A stretch of 63,810 nt of DNA, the filler included, from an uncultured bacterium (GTDB lineage Bacteria; CAYJRR01), in NCBI GenBank assembly GCA_964372275.1. It is 6 parts of 6 records of this genome, joined end to end, with 100 filler letters (N's around TTAATTAATTAA, not from the genome) between each part and the next. Parts side by side here need not be neighbours in the genome. Positions count along the whole stretch, not along the records: positions 22,660 to 33,814 come from CAYJRR010000142.1; positions 33,915 to 45,061 come from CAYJRR010000143.1; 4 more parts are not named here. One strand, 5' to 3'. The notes under the pieces are model-generated. The model was not told where the DNA came from and did not search any database. It worked only from the letters and a program-made list of their open reading frames with translations. The position numbers and the translations under genes were made by a program. Positions 27,606 to 38,890 of this stretch are shown here, one piece after another; positions within the stretch are counted from its first letter, which is position 1; each line of letters begins with the position of its first letter.

Positions 27606-28730
27606 ATGGCCAACGACCTTCAACACGACCTCGAGACCCTGCGCGCCAAGGTGCAGGACCTCCGCAAGTACCTGGAGGTCGACGCCAAGGAGAAGCGTCT
27701 GGTCGAGATCGAGCGCGGGATGAGCGCCCCCGACTTCTGGACCAACCCCAAGGCCCAGGAGATCACCCGGGAGCGCTCCGCCGCGGCGCGCACGATCGAG
27801 ACCTGGCAGCAGCTCGCCAAGGAGGTGCAGGACTCCCTCGAGCTCAAGGAGCTGGCCGAGATGGAGAGCGACCAGGGCGTCCTCCGCGAGATCGAGGGGA
27901 AGGTCGACGAGCTGCGCGGACGAATCCAACGCGCCGAGATCTCGAAGATGCTCTCCGGCGAGGTCGACGCCAACGCGGCGAACGTCACCATCTCCGCCGG
28001 CCAGGGAGGGACCGAGGCCTGCGACTGGGCCCAGATGCTGTTCCGCATGTACACCCGCTGGGCGGAACGGCGCGGCTGCCGCATCGAGGTCCAGGACCAG
28101 CAGCCCGGCGAAGAGGCGGGCCTGAAGTCGGTCAGTTTCCTGGTGTCGGGGGAGTACGCCTACGGCTACCTCAAGGCGGAGCGCGGCGTGCACCGGCTGG
28201 TCCGGATCAGCCCGTTCGACGCCAACAAGCGGCGCCAGACCTCGTTCGCGGCGGTCGACGTGGTGGCGGAGATCGCCGACGACATCGTCGTCGACATCCG
28301 GGACGAGGACCTGAAGGTCGACACCTACCGGTCCGGCGGGGCCGGCGGTCAGCACGTCAACAAGACCGAATCGGCGATCCGCATCACCCACATGCCGACC
28401 GGGATCGTGGTGAGCTGCCAGATGGAGCGCAGCCAGCACAAGAACCGCTCGACCGCGATGAAGATGCTGCGCGCCAAGCTCTACGACCTGGAGCTTCGCA
28501 AGCGCCAGGAAGCGCTCGACGCCGCCAACGCCGACAAGAGCCAGATCGGTTGGGGGAGCCAGATCCGCTCCTACGTCCTCCAGCCGTACCAGATGGTGAA
28601 GGACCACCGCACCGGCGAGCAGACGAGCCAGACCGGGGGGGTGCTCGACGGCGCCCTCGACCCGTTCATCGAGGCGTTCCTCCTCGGGAAGAAGGCCGAC
28701 AAGAAGGGCGCCGGCGAGGATGATCTGTAA
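27606..28730 (+). CDS. prfB: Peptide chain release factor 2 (no frameshift)
   Basis: SPF and GGQ motifs, WGSQIRSY; uninterrupted ORF. Confidence 0.97.
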   Translation: MANDLQHDLETLRAKVQDLRKYLEVDAKEKRLVEIERGMSAPDFWTNPKAQEITRERSAAARTIETWQQLAKEVQDSLELKELAEMESDQGVLREIEGKVDELRGRIQRAEISKMLSGEVDANAANVTISAGQGGTEACDWAQMLFRMYTRWAERRGCRIEVQDQQPGEEAGLKSVSFLVSGEYAYGYLKAERGVHRLVRISPFDANKRRQTSFAAVDVVAEIADDIVVDIRDEDLKVDTYRSGGAGGQHVNKTESAIRITHMPTGIVVSCQMERSQHKNRSTAMKMLRAKLYDLELRKRQEALDAANADKSQIGWGSQIRSYVLQPYQMVKDHRTGEQTSQTGGVLDGALDPFIEAFLLGKKADKKGAGEDDL

Positions 28731-28745
28731 TGGCGGCGGAACTGC

Positions 28746-28847
<102 letters not shown>

Positions 28848-28865
28848 GGTCGGCCCCGAGGCTTG

Positions 28866-29069
28866 ATGCTCGTGCGTCGCCTCGTGCTTTTCCTGGGCCT
28901 GCTCTCACTGCTTCTGGTCGTCGCCCTCGCCGCGACGGCGGGTCTGGTGCAAGCGGGGATCCTCCGGCCGATTGGACACGGTAACCTGGGCTGGGCCGCG
29001 GCGCTCCCGATCCTCGCCTATCTCATCCTCTCGCTGCGCGCGCTCCTCCGCGCACGGGGTGACCGATGA
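28866..29069 (+). CDS. Small two-TM hypothetical protein
   Basis: Two hydrophobic helices; ATGA overlap with murI. Confidence 0.55.
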   Translation: MLVRRLVLFLGLLSLLLVVALAATAGLVQAGILRPIGHGNLGWAAALPILAYLILSLRALLRARGDR

Positions 29070-29860
29070 GTGTGGCGCGGCCCGGCCCGATCGGCGTCTT
29101 CGACAGCGGCATGGGCGGCCTGACGGTGCTCAAGGAGATCGTCGCCGCGCTTCCGCGGCGCGACACGATCTACCTCGGAGACACCGCGCGCGTCCCGTAC
29201 GGCGTCCGCTCCGCCGAGACGATCCGGCGCTACGCGCGCGAGAACGCGGAGTTCCTCGTCGGCCAGGGGATCTCGGCGCTGGTCGTCGCCTGCAACACCG
29301 CCACCGCGGTCGCGCTCGACGACCTGAAGGCGCGCCTGCCGATCCCCGTCTTCGGCGTCGTCGCCCCCGGCGCCCGCCGCGCCGCCGAGCGGGCGGGGCG
29401 TGGGGTGATCGCGGTACTCGCCACCGAAGCGACGGTGCGCTCGGGCGCGTACGAACGGGCGATCCACGCCCACGCGCCCGGGGCCCGGGTCATCGGACGC
29501 GCCTGTCCGTTGTTCGTACCGCTCGCCGAGGAGGGATGGTCCGACAACGACGTGGCGCGCGCGACGGCGCGCCTCTACCTGGACGACCTGCGCGCCGAAC
29601 GCATCGACGCCGTCGTCCTGGGCTGCACCCACTATCCGCTCCTCCGCGGCGTCGTCGCCGGCGTCCTCGGGGACGCCCCGATCATCGACAGCGCGCGCTC
29701 CACGGCGGAGGACGTGGCGGCCGCGATCGGTCCGGACGCGGGCGGCGGCGGCGACGGTCGGCGCCGCTTCTTCGTCACCGACGCTCCGGAGCGGTTCGCG
29801 AGACTGGGGCCTCGGTTCTTCGGCACGCCGATCGGTTCGGTCGATCACGTCGAGTTGTGA
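29066..29860 (+). CDS. murI: Glutamate racemase
   Basis: FDSGMGGL, ACNTA and LGCTHYP motifs. Confidence 0.97.
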   Translation: MSVARPGPIGVFDSGMGGLTVLKEIVAALPRRDTIYLGDTARVPYGVRSAETIRRYARENAEFLVGQGISALVVACNTATAVALDDLKARLPIPVFGVVAPGARRAAERAGRGVIAVLATEATVRSGAYERAIHAHAPGARVIGRACPLFVPLAEEGWSDNDVARATARLYLDDLRAERIDAVVLGCTHYPLLRGVVAGVLGDAPIIDSARSTAEDVAAAIGPDAGGGGDGRRRFFVTDAPERFARLGPRFFGTPIGSVDHVEL

Positions 29861-29911
29861 CGTGCCCGTTTTCTCCGCGCGCTACGCGAGCTCCGCGGTA
29901 CAATCGAACCC

Positions 29912-30787
29912 GTGCGTTTCGGAACGCATCGCCTTTCCGCCATCCTTTCGGCGGCGTGGATCGCCGTCTTCGTCGCGCCATCGGCGGCGGCGCTCGAGCG
30001 GCCGGAAAACGACGTCGACGTCTATCCCTCGGACGACACCGGCGAGTGGCTCGACCGCAAGGAGTACGAGCACCTGATCCGCGAGCTCGGGCTGTTGGTC
30101 GTCACCAAGACGCTCGCCCCCTCGAACACGCTCGGGGTGAACGGCTTCGACATCGGCGTCGAGCTCAATTCGGGGCTGATCCACGGGCAGGAGTCGTATT
30201 GGAACAAGGCGACGCGGGACGGAACGATCTCGCGCCTCTTCTCTTATCCCACCATCCGCATCCGCAAGGGGCTGCCGTTGTCGGTCGAAGGGGGGATGAC
30301 GATCGCCTACTTTCCGTTCACGCAGCAGCAGGTGCTGGGCGGGCAGGCGCACATCGGGATCCACGAGGGGTTCTCGCTCGTCCCCGATCTGGCGGTCCAT
30401 CTTTCCTACGACCAGTACTTCGGCAACGAACAGTTGGACCTGAACGTTCAGCAGGCGGTCGCCACGCTCGGCTACGGCTTCCCGTTCGGCGACGCCGGCT
30501 ACAAGGTGGGGCGCATCTCGATCTGGGCCGGATACGGGAAGGGGCAGATCAACAGCCAGGTGGTGCTGCGGTCGATCCCGGCCGAGAACGCCGGCGACGA
30601 CGGCTCCGACCGCGACGCCTTCCTCGACGCGCTGGGGACCGACGGGGACGGCTTCAAGGCGATCCGCTACGACAAGTGGCTCGGCGGGTTCCAGGTGGAG
30701 CGCGGGCGGTTCACCTTCCTGATGAACGGCGAGTTCGTCGACCACGGGATCCCGACGGTGAACGTCCGTTGGGGGGCGCAATTCTGA
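29912..30787 (+). CDS. Hypothetical exported protein, probable outer-membrane beta-barrel
   Basis: Signal peptide, amphipathic strands, C-terminal VRWGAQF ending in Phe. Confidence 0.65.
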   Translation: MRFGTHRLSAILSAAWIAVFVAPSAAALERPENDVDVYPSDDTGEWLDRKEYEHLIRELGLLVVTKTLAPSNTLGVNGFDIGVELNSGLIHGQESYWNKATRDGTISRLFSYPTIRIRKGLPLSVEGGMTIAYFPFTQQQVLGGQAHIGIHEGFSLVPDLAVHLSYDQYFGNEQLDLNVQQAVATLGYGFPFGDAGYKVGRISIWAGYGKGQINSQVVLRSIPAENAGDDGSDRDAFLDALGTDGDGFKAIRYDKWLGGFQVERGRFTFLMNGEFVDHGIPTVNVRWGAQF

Positions 30788-30815
30788 CGGCGAGCTCGGT
30801 CGCGCACGGCGTCGA

Positions 30816-31175
30816 ATGAAGTTCCCGGAAGAAGCCCCGGTCTCTCCCGAGAAACGCGAGGCGCTCCGGGGACGGATCGCGCGGCTGAAGATCGACCTCG
30901 CGGCGGTCGAAGAGCGGGCGGTCCGCGGCAGCGGACCGGGTGGCCAGAAGATCAACAAGACCTCCAGCGGGGTGCAGCTCCGCTACGACCTCTTCGGCGA
31001 GCCGGTCGTCGTCAAGTGGACACGCGAGCGCAGCCACGCGCTCAATCGGTACCTCGCCCTGCGCGAGCTGGTCGACGAGGTGGAAGTGGTCGTCAGCCCG
31101 GAGACCAGCGAACGGCTGCTGGAACGCGAGCGCATCCGACGCCAGAAGGACCGCCGACGGCGGCGCCACCGCTGA
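30816..31175 (+). CDS. Stand-alone RF-1 (GGQ) domain peptidyl-tRNA hydrolase, ArfB/C12orf65-like
   Basis: RGSGPGGQKINKTSS, ERS...NR..A and a basic tail RIRRQKDRRRRRHR. Confidence 0.85.
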   Translation: MKFPEEAPVSPEKREALRGRIARLKIDLAAVEERAVRGSGPGGQKINKTSSGVQLRYDLFGEPVVVKWTRERSHALNRYLALRELVDEVEVVVSPETSERLLERERIRRQKDRRRRRHR

Positions 31176-31178
31176 ACG

Positions 31179-32567
31179 TCACTCGCCCGGTTCGGCACGC
31201 GGCAGGTTGGCGACGGCCTTCAGCTCGAGGGCCTGCGGCTCCTTCACCAGCCGCTCGACGACGCGAAGCTCCGGGAGGTCCTCCCCGGTGGTGGCGGCCC
31301 CCAGCTCCTTGAACTTGCGGGCGGTGACGAGAACGCGCGAATCGAGCGAACCGACGGCGTCGTTGAACGCGCCGACCGCCCCCTCCAGCCCCCTGCGCAC
31401 GCCGTCGAAATGGCCCGCCATCGTCGCCAGCCGCTTGTAGAGCTCACGCCCCAGCTCGCTGATCGACTGCGCGTTCTCGGCGATCCGCTCCTGCCGCCAG
31501 CCGAAGGAGACGGCCCGCAGGAGCGCGATCAGGGTCGTCGGGCTGGCGACGATCACGTTGCGTTCCACGCCGAACTCGATCAGCGACGGCTCGTGCGCCA
31601 ACGCGGCGCTGAAGAAGGTCTCGCCGGGCAGGAACATCACCACGAACTCGGGACTCGACTCGAACTGGCTCCAGTAGCTTTTCGCGGAGAGCTTCTCCAT
31701 GTGGCCGCGAACCTGCGCCGCGTGATCGCGTGCCCTGGCCTCCCGCACCGTCTCGTCGGACGCTTCGAGCGCGTCGAGGTAGGCGGCGAGCGGGGCCTTG
31801 GCGTCGACCACCACGTTCTTCCTCCCCGGCAGGCGCACCACCACGTCGGGGCGCAATCGCCCGTCCTCCGCCTCGACCCCGACCTGCTCGTGGAAATCGC
31901 AGTGGTCGACCATCCCCGCCATCTCCACCACGCGCCGCAACGTGATCTCCCCCCACCGGCCGCGCGTCTGCGGCTGCCGCAACGCCTTCACCAGGTTCGC
32001 CGTCTCCTCCTTCAGCTTCGACTGCGAGGTGGAGAGGGCATGCACCTCCTGGAGCAGGCCGGCGTAGGCGCCGGCGCGGTCCTTCTCCACCTGTTGGATC
32101 TGCTGACCGACGCGGTCGAGCGTTTCGCGCACCGGCTTGAGCAGCTCGTCGATCGCCACCTTGCGCGCCTCGAGCTCGCCCGCGGCGCCGAGCCGCTGCT
32201 TCTCCAGCTCGGACTTGGCGAGCTCCAGGAAGGTCTGGTGGTTCCCGGCCAGGGCGTCGGCCGCGAGCAGTCCGAAGGAGGTCTGGAGCCGCGCCTCCGC
32301 CTCGCGCAGGACGGCGAGCTTCTCCTCCGAAGACTTGCGCTCGCTCTCCAGCGTGGCGTTCGCCCGCGCCGCCTCCTCGCGCAGGTGTGCCGTCTCCGCG
32401 GCGTGCGCCGCCGCCGACCGTTCGGCCTGCGCCGCCGCATCGGCCCGGGCTTCGGCGCGCGCCGCGGCGATCCGCGCCCGCGCGACGAGCCAGGCCAGGG
32501 CCAGCCCCGCCACGAGCCCCGCCAGCAGCCATACCATCCCTGCCGAACCCACACCCGCTCCGCTCAC
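31179..32567 (-). CDS. rmuC: DNA recombination protein RmuC
   Basis: N-terminal TM, coiled coil, RGRWGE..L, RPD.V..LP, VVDAK and FVVMFLPGE. Start is GTG 32567 or ATG 32537. Confidence 0.93.
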   Translation of the reverse strand: MSGAGVGSAGMVWLLAGLVAGLALAWLVARARIAAARAEARADAAAQAERSAAAHAAETAHLREEAARANATLESERKSSEEKLAVLREAEARLQTSFGLLAADALAGNHQTFLELAKSELEKQRLGAAGELEARKVAIDELLKPVRETLDRVGQQIQQVEKDRAGAYAGLLQEVHALSTSQSKLKEETANLVKALRQPQTRGRWGEITLRRVVEMAGMVDHCDFHEQVGVEAEDGRLRPDVVVRLPGRKNVVVDAKAPLAAYLDALEASDETVREARARDHAAQVRGHMEKLSAKSYWSQFESSPEFVVMFLPGETFFSAALAHEPSLIEFGVERNVIVASPTTLIALLRAVSFGWRQERIAENAQSISELGRELYKRLATMAGHFDGVRRGLEGAVGAFNDAVGSLDSRVLVTARKFKELGAATTGEDLPELRVVERLVKEPQALELKAVANLPRAEPGE

Positions 32568-32674
32568 GGACCCCACGATAGAGCACGGCGCGGCCGGCGC
32601 CCATCCCGGAAAAAGCGCCGTCCCATGCGAGCGCGTAGGAGGCGGACCGGAAACTCTGCTACGACTGCCGGCCG

Positions 32675-33814
32675 ATGGCCGCACCGTCCCGGCTCCTGCG
32701 CGTGCTCGAAGAGATGGCGGCGGAGCGCGGCTACGCGGTCGGCGTCGCGCCGGCGCGGCCGTCGGAGGACGCGCCGCGCCTCCGCCGCTGGCTCGACGGA
32801 GGGATGCACGGCGAGATGGAATGGATGGAGCGCTCGGAGGGTCGCCGCGTCGACCCGCAGGCCGTCCTTCCGGGGGCGCGGGCGGCGGTCGCCTTCGCCA
32901 CCCCGTATCGCACCGACGAACCGCCCCCCGAGGCCTCCCTTCGCGGGGAGCTGCGCGGGCGGATCGCCCGCTACGCCTGGAACCGCGACTACCACGACCT
33001 CCTCACCGCCGAGCTGCGCGGGATCGTCGGGCGCCTCGACGCCGAGGCGGGGGCGTCGAACCGCACCTACGTCGACACCGGCCCGGTGCTGGAGCGCGAG
33101 GTGGCGGCCCGCGCCGGCCTCGGTTTCGCGTCGAAGAACACCAATCTGATCCGTCCCGGCGACGGTTCCTTCCTCTTCCTCGGCGCCGGTCTCACCACCG
33201 CCGACCTGCCCCCGACCGGAGGGCGGCCCGCCACCGGCTGCGGCTCCTGCCGGATCTGCCTCGACGACTGTCCGACCGGCGCGATCGTCGCCCCGCACGT
33301 CGTCGACGCGCGGCTCTGCATCAGCTACCTCACGATCGAGCTCAAGGGGCCGATCCCGCGCCACCTGCGCCGCGCGGTCGGGAGTTGGGTCTTCGGTTGC
33401 GACGTCTGCCAGGAGGTCTGTCCCTGGAACGCCGAGTCGCAATCCAAGACCCGCGGGCGCGATGCGTTCCGGCCCCCGGACGAGGAGGCGATGGCACCGA
33501 AGCTCCCCGACCTGCTGGCGCTCGACGATCGCGCCTTCCGCGCCCGGTTTCGAGGCACGCCGCTGCTGCGCCCGCGCCGGCGCGGCCTGTTGCGGAACGC
33601 GGCGGTCGCGCTCGGAAACCACCGCGATCCACGCGGCACGCCGGCGCTCGCGGCGGCGCTGCACGACGCGGAGGTCTTGATCCGCGGACACGCCGCCTGG
33701 GGACTGGGCGAGATCGCCGCCGCCGGCGACGGCGCCGCCCGACGCGCCCTCGACGCGGCGCGGCACGCCGAGACCGACGCCTGGGTCGCCGCGGAGATCG
33801 CAGCGGCGCTGGAG
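32675..33814 (+). CDS. queG: Epoxyqueuosine reductase with HEAT-like tail (truncated at contig end)
   Basis: [37 protein letters not shown] and [12 protein letters not shown] motifs. Confidence 0.96.
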
Positions 33815-33914
33815 NNNNNNNNNNNNNNNNNNNNNNNNNNNNNNNNNNNNNNNNNNNNTTAATTAATTAANNNNNNNNNNNNNNNNNNNNNNNNNNNNNN
33901 NNNNNNNNNNNNNN
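33815..33914. other. Artificial contig-joining spacer
   Basis: N100 with TTAATTAATTAA. Confidence 0.99.
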
Positions 33915-34857
<943 letters not shown>

Positions 34858-34863
34858 GCCTTG

Positions 34864-35397
34864 TCAACCCTTCGCCGATTCGTGGAGCCGGCGCAGCTGC
34901 GTGCGCAGGCTTCCGTCGTAGATCACACCGCCGACCTCCGCCACGAGTCCGCCCAAGAGGTCGGGATCGACCCGTTGCGCGAGCTCGACCGTGCGGCCGG
35001 TCATCTTCGAAAGTCGTTCACGCAGCTGCGCCTCGACGTCGGGCGCGAGCGGCGTGGTGCTCGTCACCACCGCCCGCGCGCGGCCGGCGTGCTCGTCGGC
35101 CATCCGCTTCAACTCCCCGCGGATCTCCTCGAAGAGGTCGAGGCGCCCCTTCTCCGCGAGCAGTCCGATGAAGTTCACCGTCGACTGGGAGAGATCGAGC
35201 CGCTTCAGGACGGAGGAGACGACCTCCTTCTTCTCGGACGGCAGGACCGTCGGATCGGCGAGCGCGCCCTTGAGCTCCGGGCTGCCGGAGACGATTCCGC
35301 CGAACTGCGCCAGGTCCCGCTCGATCCGATCCAGCGCGTTCTCCTCGACCGCGATCGAGAGGAGCGCCCGCGCGTACCGCCGCGCCAGTTGCCTCAT
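34864..35397 (-). CDS. atpH: ATP synthase delta subunit
   Basis: ARRYARAL, VDPDLLGG and YDGS motifs; position before atpA. Confidence 0.95.
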   Translation of the reverse strand: MRQLARRYARALLSIAVEENALDRIERDLAQFGGIVSGSPELKGALADPTVLPSEKKEVVSSVLKRLDLSQSTVNFIGLLAEKGRLDLFEEIRGELKRMADEHAGRARAVVTSTTPLAPDVEAQLRERLSKMTGRTVELAQRVDPDLLGGLVAEVGGVIYDGSLRTQLRRLHESAKG

Positions 35398-35978
35398 GCC
35401 GGCCGCTCCTTGCGCTCCGGTCGCGCCTCGAGCTTTCCGAGGAACTCGTGCGAGAGACGCGCCTGGTCGTCCTTGCCGACGGCGCCGCGGAGGATCTTCT
35501 CCGCCAGCTCCGACGCGCGCGCCAACTGCTCGTCCTTCAGCTCGCGACGGGCGCGGGCGATCTCCTGGTCGGCGATCTGCTTCGCTTCCTCGCGGATCCG
35601 GTTCCCCAGCGCGGTCGCCTCCGCGACCATCTTCGCCTTCTCCGCCTCGGCCTCGGTACGCGCCTCGTCGAGGAGCTGGGTCATGCGTGCGTCGATCGTC
35701 CGCATCCGCTCCTCGATCGCACTGAACTTGGTCCGCATCTCATCGCGCAGCGAAGTCGCCTCGTGGATCTCGCGCGAGATCCGCTCCCGCTTCGCGCGCA
35801 GTCCCGCCGGGACCGCCTTGGCGGCGAGTTTCCAGAAGATGAACCCGAGGATCGCCAGGTTCAGCGCGTGCCAGACGAACGCCGGTACGCCGAACCACAG
35901 CCGCGGCCCCCAGACGTCGACCGTGCCGTCCGCGGCCGCGGCCGCCACGACGAATCCTGCGTGGACGATCGCAGTCAC
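35394..35978 (-). CDS. atpF: ATP synthase F0 subunit b
   Basis: WHALNLAIL TM followed by a charged coiled coil; operon position. Confidence 0.88.
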   Translation of the reverse strand: MTAIVHAGFVVAAAAADGTVDVWGPRLWFGVPAFVWHALNLAILGFIFWKLAAKAVPAGLRAKRERISREIHEATSLRDEMRTKFSAIEERMRTIDARMTQLLDEARTEAEAEKAKMVAEATALGNRIREEAKQIADQEIARARRELKDEQLARASELAEKILRGAVGKDDQARLSHEFLGKLEARPERKERPA

Positions 35979-36520
35979 GACCGAACCTCGCCGCGCGCCT
36001 CACGCCTCGGCGCGCTGCCGGAGGAGACCTCGCGCCCGAGCACGGCCTCGACCAGCTCCTCGGCGAGCGCTTCGGCCTGCTTCGAGAGCTCCGCGCGAAC
36101 GCGCGTGCGCTCCGCCTCCACGCTCGACCGCACCTGCTCGACGACGACCGTCGCCTCGTTGCGCGCGGCCGCGAGGCGCGAACCGACCTCCGACGCCGCG
36201 AGCGCGCGGATCCTCGCGCGCTCCTCGGAGGCGAGCTGGCGCGTCTCGGCCAGACGCGATTCGTACACCTTCAATCTCTCGTTCAGTTTCGATTCGAGGT
36301 CGGCCGCCTCCTCACGCGCCCCTTTGGTCTGCGCCTCGCGCGCTTCGATCACGTGCAGGAGCGGACGGATCGCGAATCGCGCGACGAAGAACAACGTCGT
36401 CCAGAAGACGCCCGCCATGATCGCGAGGTGCAGCGGGTTCAGTCCCTGGAGATCGGCGTAGGTGGTGTTCCACCACGGCGTGGCTTCCGACGCGGCGGCG
36501 GCGCTGGCAATCAGGAGCAC
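35975..36520 (-). CDS. ATP synthase F0 subunit b'
   Basis: TM, then RPLLHVIEARE and a coiled coil; AAGGGGA RBS before GTG 36520. Confidence 0.85.
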   Translation of the reverse strand: MLLIASAAAASEATPWWNTTYADLQGLNPLHLAIMAGVFWTTLFFVARFAIRPLLHVIEAREAQTKGAREEAADLESKLNERLKVYESRLAETRQLASEERARIRALAASEVGSRLAAARNEATVVVEQVRSSVEAERTRVRAELSKQAEALAEELVEAVLGREVSSGSAPRREARGEVRS

Positions 36521-36639
36521 GAAATCCCCTTTTTCGCGCGCCGGAAAACCCAATTCGGCCATGAAGCTATGGAGATTCCAGCCGCGCGGAAGGCGGTGGA
36601 GTACTACACGCACCGGGAGGAGTCAACGCGAATTGGCGG

Positions 36640-37074
36640 CTATTTCGGACCGGGCGCGACGGCCTTGATCGGCTGGGAGGAGCCCATCGCCGCCGGCTTC
36701 TTTCCGACGCGGTCTTCCATCCGGCATTGACCCTCGAGGACCACCCCCTGCTCCATCGTCAGGGCCGGGGTGTTGATCGTCCCGCGCACCACCGCCGGGG
36801 CCTTGAGCTCGACCAGCTTCTTGACGGTGATGTTCCCCTCCACCGTGCCCGACACGATGATCGTGCCGACGTCGATCTCGCCGCGCACCAGCGCCCCCTC
36901 GCCGACGAGGAGGATGTCGTTGCTGAAGATCTCACCGGAGAAGCGTCCGTCGATCCGGACCGATCCCTCGAAGGTGAGCTTCCCCTCGTATTCGCACCCC
37001 GGTCCGAGGAAGGCATTGAGGTCGGCCGACACCTCGCGGATCGAGAGCCCATCCCCTTTCGCCCCGAACGCCAT
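36640..37074 (-). CDS. Bactofilin (polymer-forming cytoskeletal protein)
   Basis: Beta-helix repeats FEGSVRIDGRFSGEI, VSGTVEGNI and VRGTI...MEQGVVLEGQCRM. Confidence 0.92.
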   Translation of the reverse strand: MAFGAKGDGLSIREVSADLNAFLGPGCEYEGKLTFEGSVRIDGRFSGEIFSNDILLVGEGALVRGEIDVGTIIVSGTVEGNITVKKLVELKAPAVVRGTINTPALTMEQGVVLEGQCRMEDRVGKKPAAMGSSQPIKAVAPGPK

Positions 37075-37083
37075 CGCCGCCTC

Positions 37084-37974
37084 CTACCCTTGCCCCAACA
37101 GGACCGCGAGGAGCCGATTGAGCTCCTCGAGCGATCCGTACTCGATTTCAATCCGACCGCGCTTGCTCGTGCCTCGGAAGCCGACCTTCGCCCCGAGCTT
37201 CCGCTGCAGGTTCTCGGACGCGCTCTTCATCTCGACGTCGAGGGTCGGCGCCGGCGCCTTCTTCTTGGCGTTGGTGGGGGCCGGCCGCCAGCGCGCCACC
37301 AGCGCCTCGGTCGCCCGGACCGAGAGCCCCTTGGAGACGATCTCCGCGCGCACCTGCATCTGCGCCGCGGCGTCCGTCAGCGCGAGCAGCGCGCGTGCGT
37401 GCCCCATCGTCAGCACGTTGGCGGCGAGGTCTTTCTGGATCGGATCGGAGAGCTTCAGCAGGCGGAGCATGTTGGTGACGGTCGACCGCTCGCGTCCGAC
37501 CCGGCGCGCGAGATCCTCCTGCGTGAGACCGAACTCGTTCACCAGGCTCGAGTAGGACTGCGCCTCTTCGATCGGGTTCAAGTCCCGCCGCTGGATGTTC
37601 TCGATCAGCGCGAGCTCGAGCGACTCGAGGTCGGAGACGTCCTTCACCAGCGCCGGGATCGTGGACAGGCCCGCCTGTCTCGCCGCCCGCAAACGCCGCT
37701 CGCCGGCGATCAGCTCGTACTTCTCGGCCCCCGCCTTCCGCACCACGATCGGTTGGAGAACTCCCTTCTCCCGGATCGAGTCGGCGAGCTCGTTCAGCGC
37801 CTCGTCGTCGAACGACTTCCTCGGTTGGTACTTGTTTGCGAGTACGTCGTCGATCGGAAGCTCGACCAGACCGTTGGCCGGCGGCGGAGAGGCGGAACCC
37901 GGCGGAGCCGCCCCCTCCTTGGAGGGGATCAGCGCGCCTAGCCCACGACCGAGCACCTTTCGCGTGTTGTCCAT
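37084..37974 (-). CDS. parB: Chromosome partitioning protein ParB
   Basis: LGRGLGALI, QPRK.F, IAGERRLRAA, ENIQR.DL and HTH. Confidence 0.97.
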   Translation of the reverse strand: MDNTRKVLGRGLGALIPSKEGAAPPGSASPPPANGLVELPIDDVLANKYQPRKSFDDEALNELADSIREKGVLQPIVVRKAGAEKYELIAGERRLRAARQAGLSTIPALVKDVSDLESLELALIENIQRRDLNPIEEAQSYSSLVNEFGLTQEDLARRVGRERSTVTNMLRLLKLSDPIQKDLAANVLTMGHARALLALTDAAAQMQVRAEIVSKGLSVRATEALVARWRPAPTNAKKKAPAPTLDVEMKSASENLQRKLGAKVGFRGTSKRGRIEIEYGSLEELNRLLAVLLGQG

Positions 37975-37992
37975 GTTCCTCGACGATCCGCC

Positions 37993-38847
37993 CTACTCCG
38001 CACCCGACGCGCGGGTGTGGCTCTCGTTTCCCCGTTTCTCGTTCCGCCGCAGGATCTCGTCGGCCAGCGCCATGTAGGCCGTCGCCCCTTTCGACGCCAC
38101 ATCGTAGAGGATGACCGGCTTCCCGAACGAGGGGCTTTCGGAAAGTCGCACGTTGCGCGGAATCACCGACTCGAACACCTCCGCGCCGAAGTGCGCGCGC
38201 ACGTCGTCCGCCACCTGGTGGGAGAGCTTGTTCCGCGCGTCGAACATGGTGAGGAGGATCCCCTCCCGCTCGAGCGACGGATTGAGCGACTGCTTCACCA
38301 GGTCGATCGTCTGCAGCAGCGCGGACAGCCCCTCCATCGCGTAGTACTCGCACTGCATCGGCATCAGCACCGAATCGGCGGCGGTAAAGGCGTTGAGCGT
38401 GAGGAGCCCGAGCGATGGCGGGCAGTCGATCAGCACGTATTGGAATCGCTCGCCGAGCTCGAGCAGCGCATCGCGCAGGCGCGTCTCCCGGCCCTCTTGC
38501 GGGACGAGCTCGATCTCCGCGCCGGTGAGATCGGCGTTCGACGGCGCGACCTTCAGGAAGTCGAGGTCGGTGCGGCGCAGCACCGACAGCAGCCGCTTCT
38601 CACCGATCAGCACGTGGTAGATGCTCAACGAAACGGTCGCGCGCTCGATCCCCAAGCCGCTGCCGGCGTTCCCCTGCGGATCGAGGTCGATGAGCAGGGT
38701 CCGGCGCTCCGCCGCGGCGAGGCAGGCGGCAAGGTTGACGGCGGTGGTCGTCTTGCCGACCCCCCCCTTCTGGTTCGCGATGCAGATGACCTTCGTCAAG
38801 GGAACGGCGGTCCGCGAGCGTCCGGGAACGACCTCGGCATCCTGCAC
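37993..38847 (-). CDS. parA: Chromosome partitioning ATPase ParA/Soj
   Basis: NQKGGVGKTTT, DLDPQGN, DCPPSLG and IPRNVRLSESPS motifs; AGGAGG RBS. Confidence 0.97.
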   Translation of the reverse strand: MQDAEVVPGRSRTAVPLTKVICIANQKGGVGKTTTAVNLAACLAAAERRTLLIDLDPQGNAGSGLGIERATVSLSIYHVLIGEKRLLSVLRRTDLDFLKVAPSNADLTGAEIELVPQEGRETRLRDALLELGERFQYVLIDCPPSLGLLTLNAFTAADSVLMPMQCEYYAMEGLSALLQTIDLVKQSLNPSLEREGILLTMFDARNKLSHQVADDVRAHFGAEVFESVIPRNVRLSESPSFGKPVILYDVASKGATAYMALADEILRRNEKRGNESHTRASGAE

Positions 38848-38890
38848 TCAATTCCTCCTTTGGGCAAGGACCCGCGCTACCCTCCCGGCC

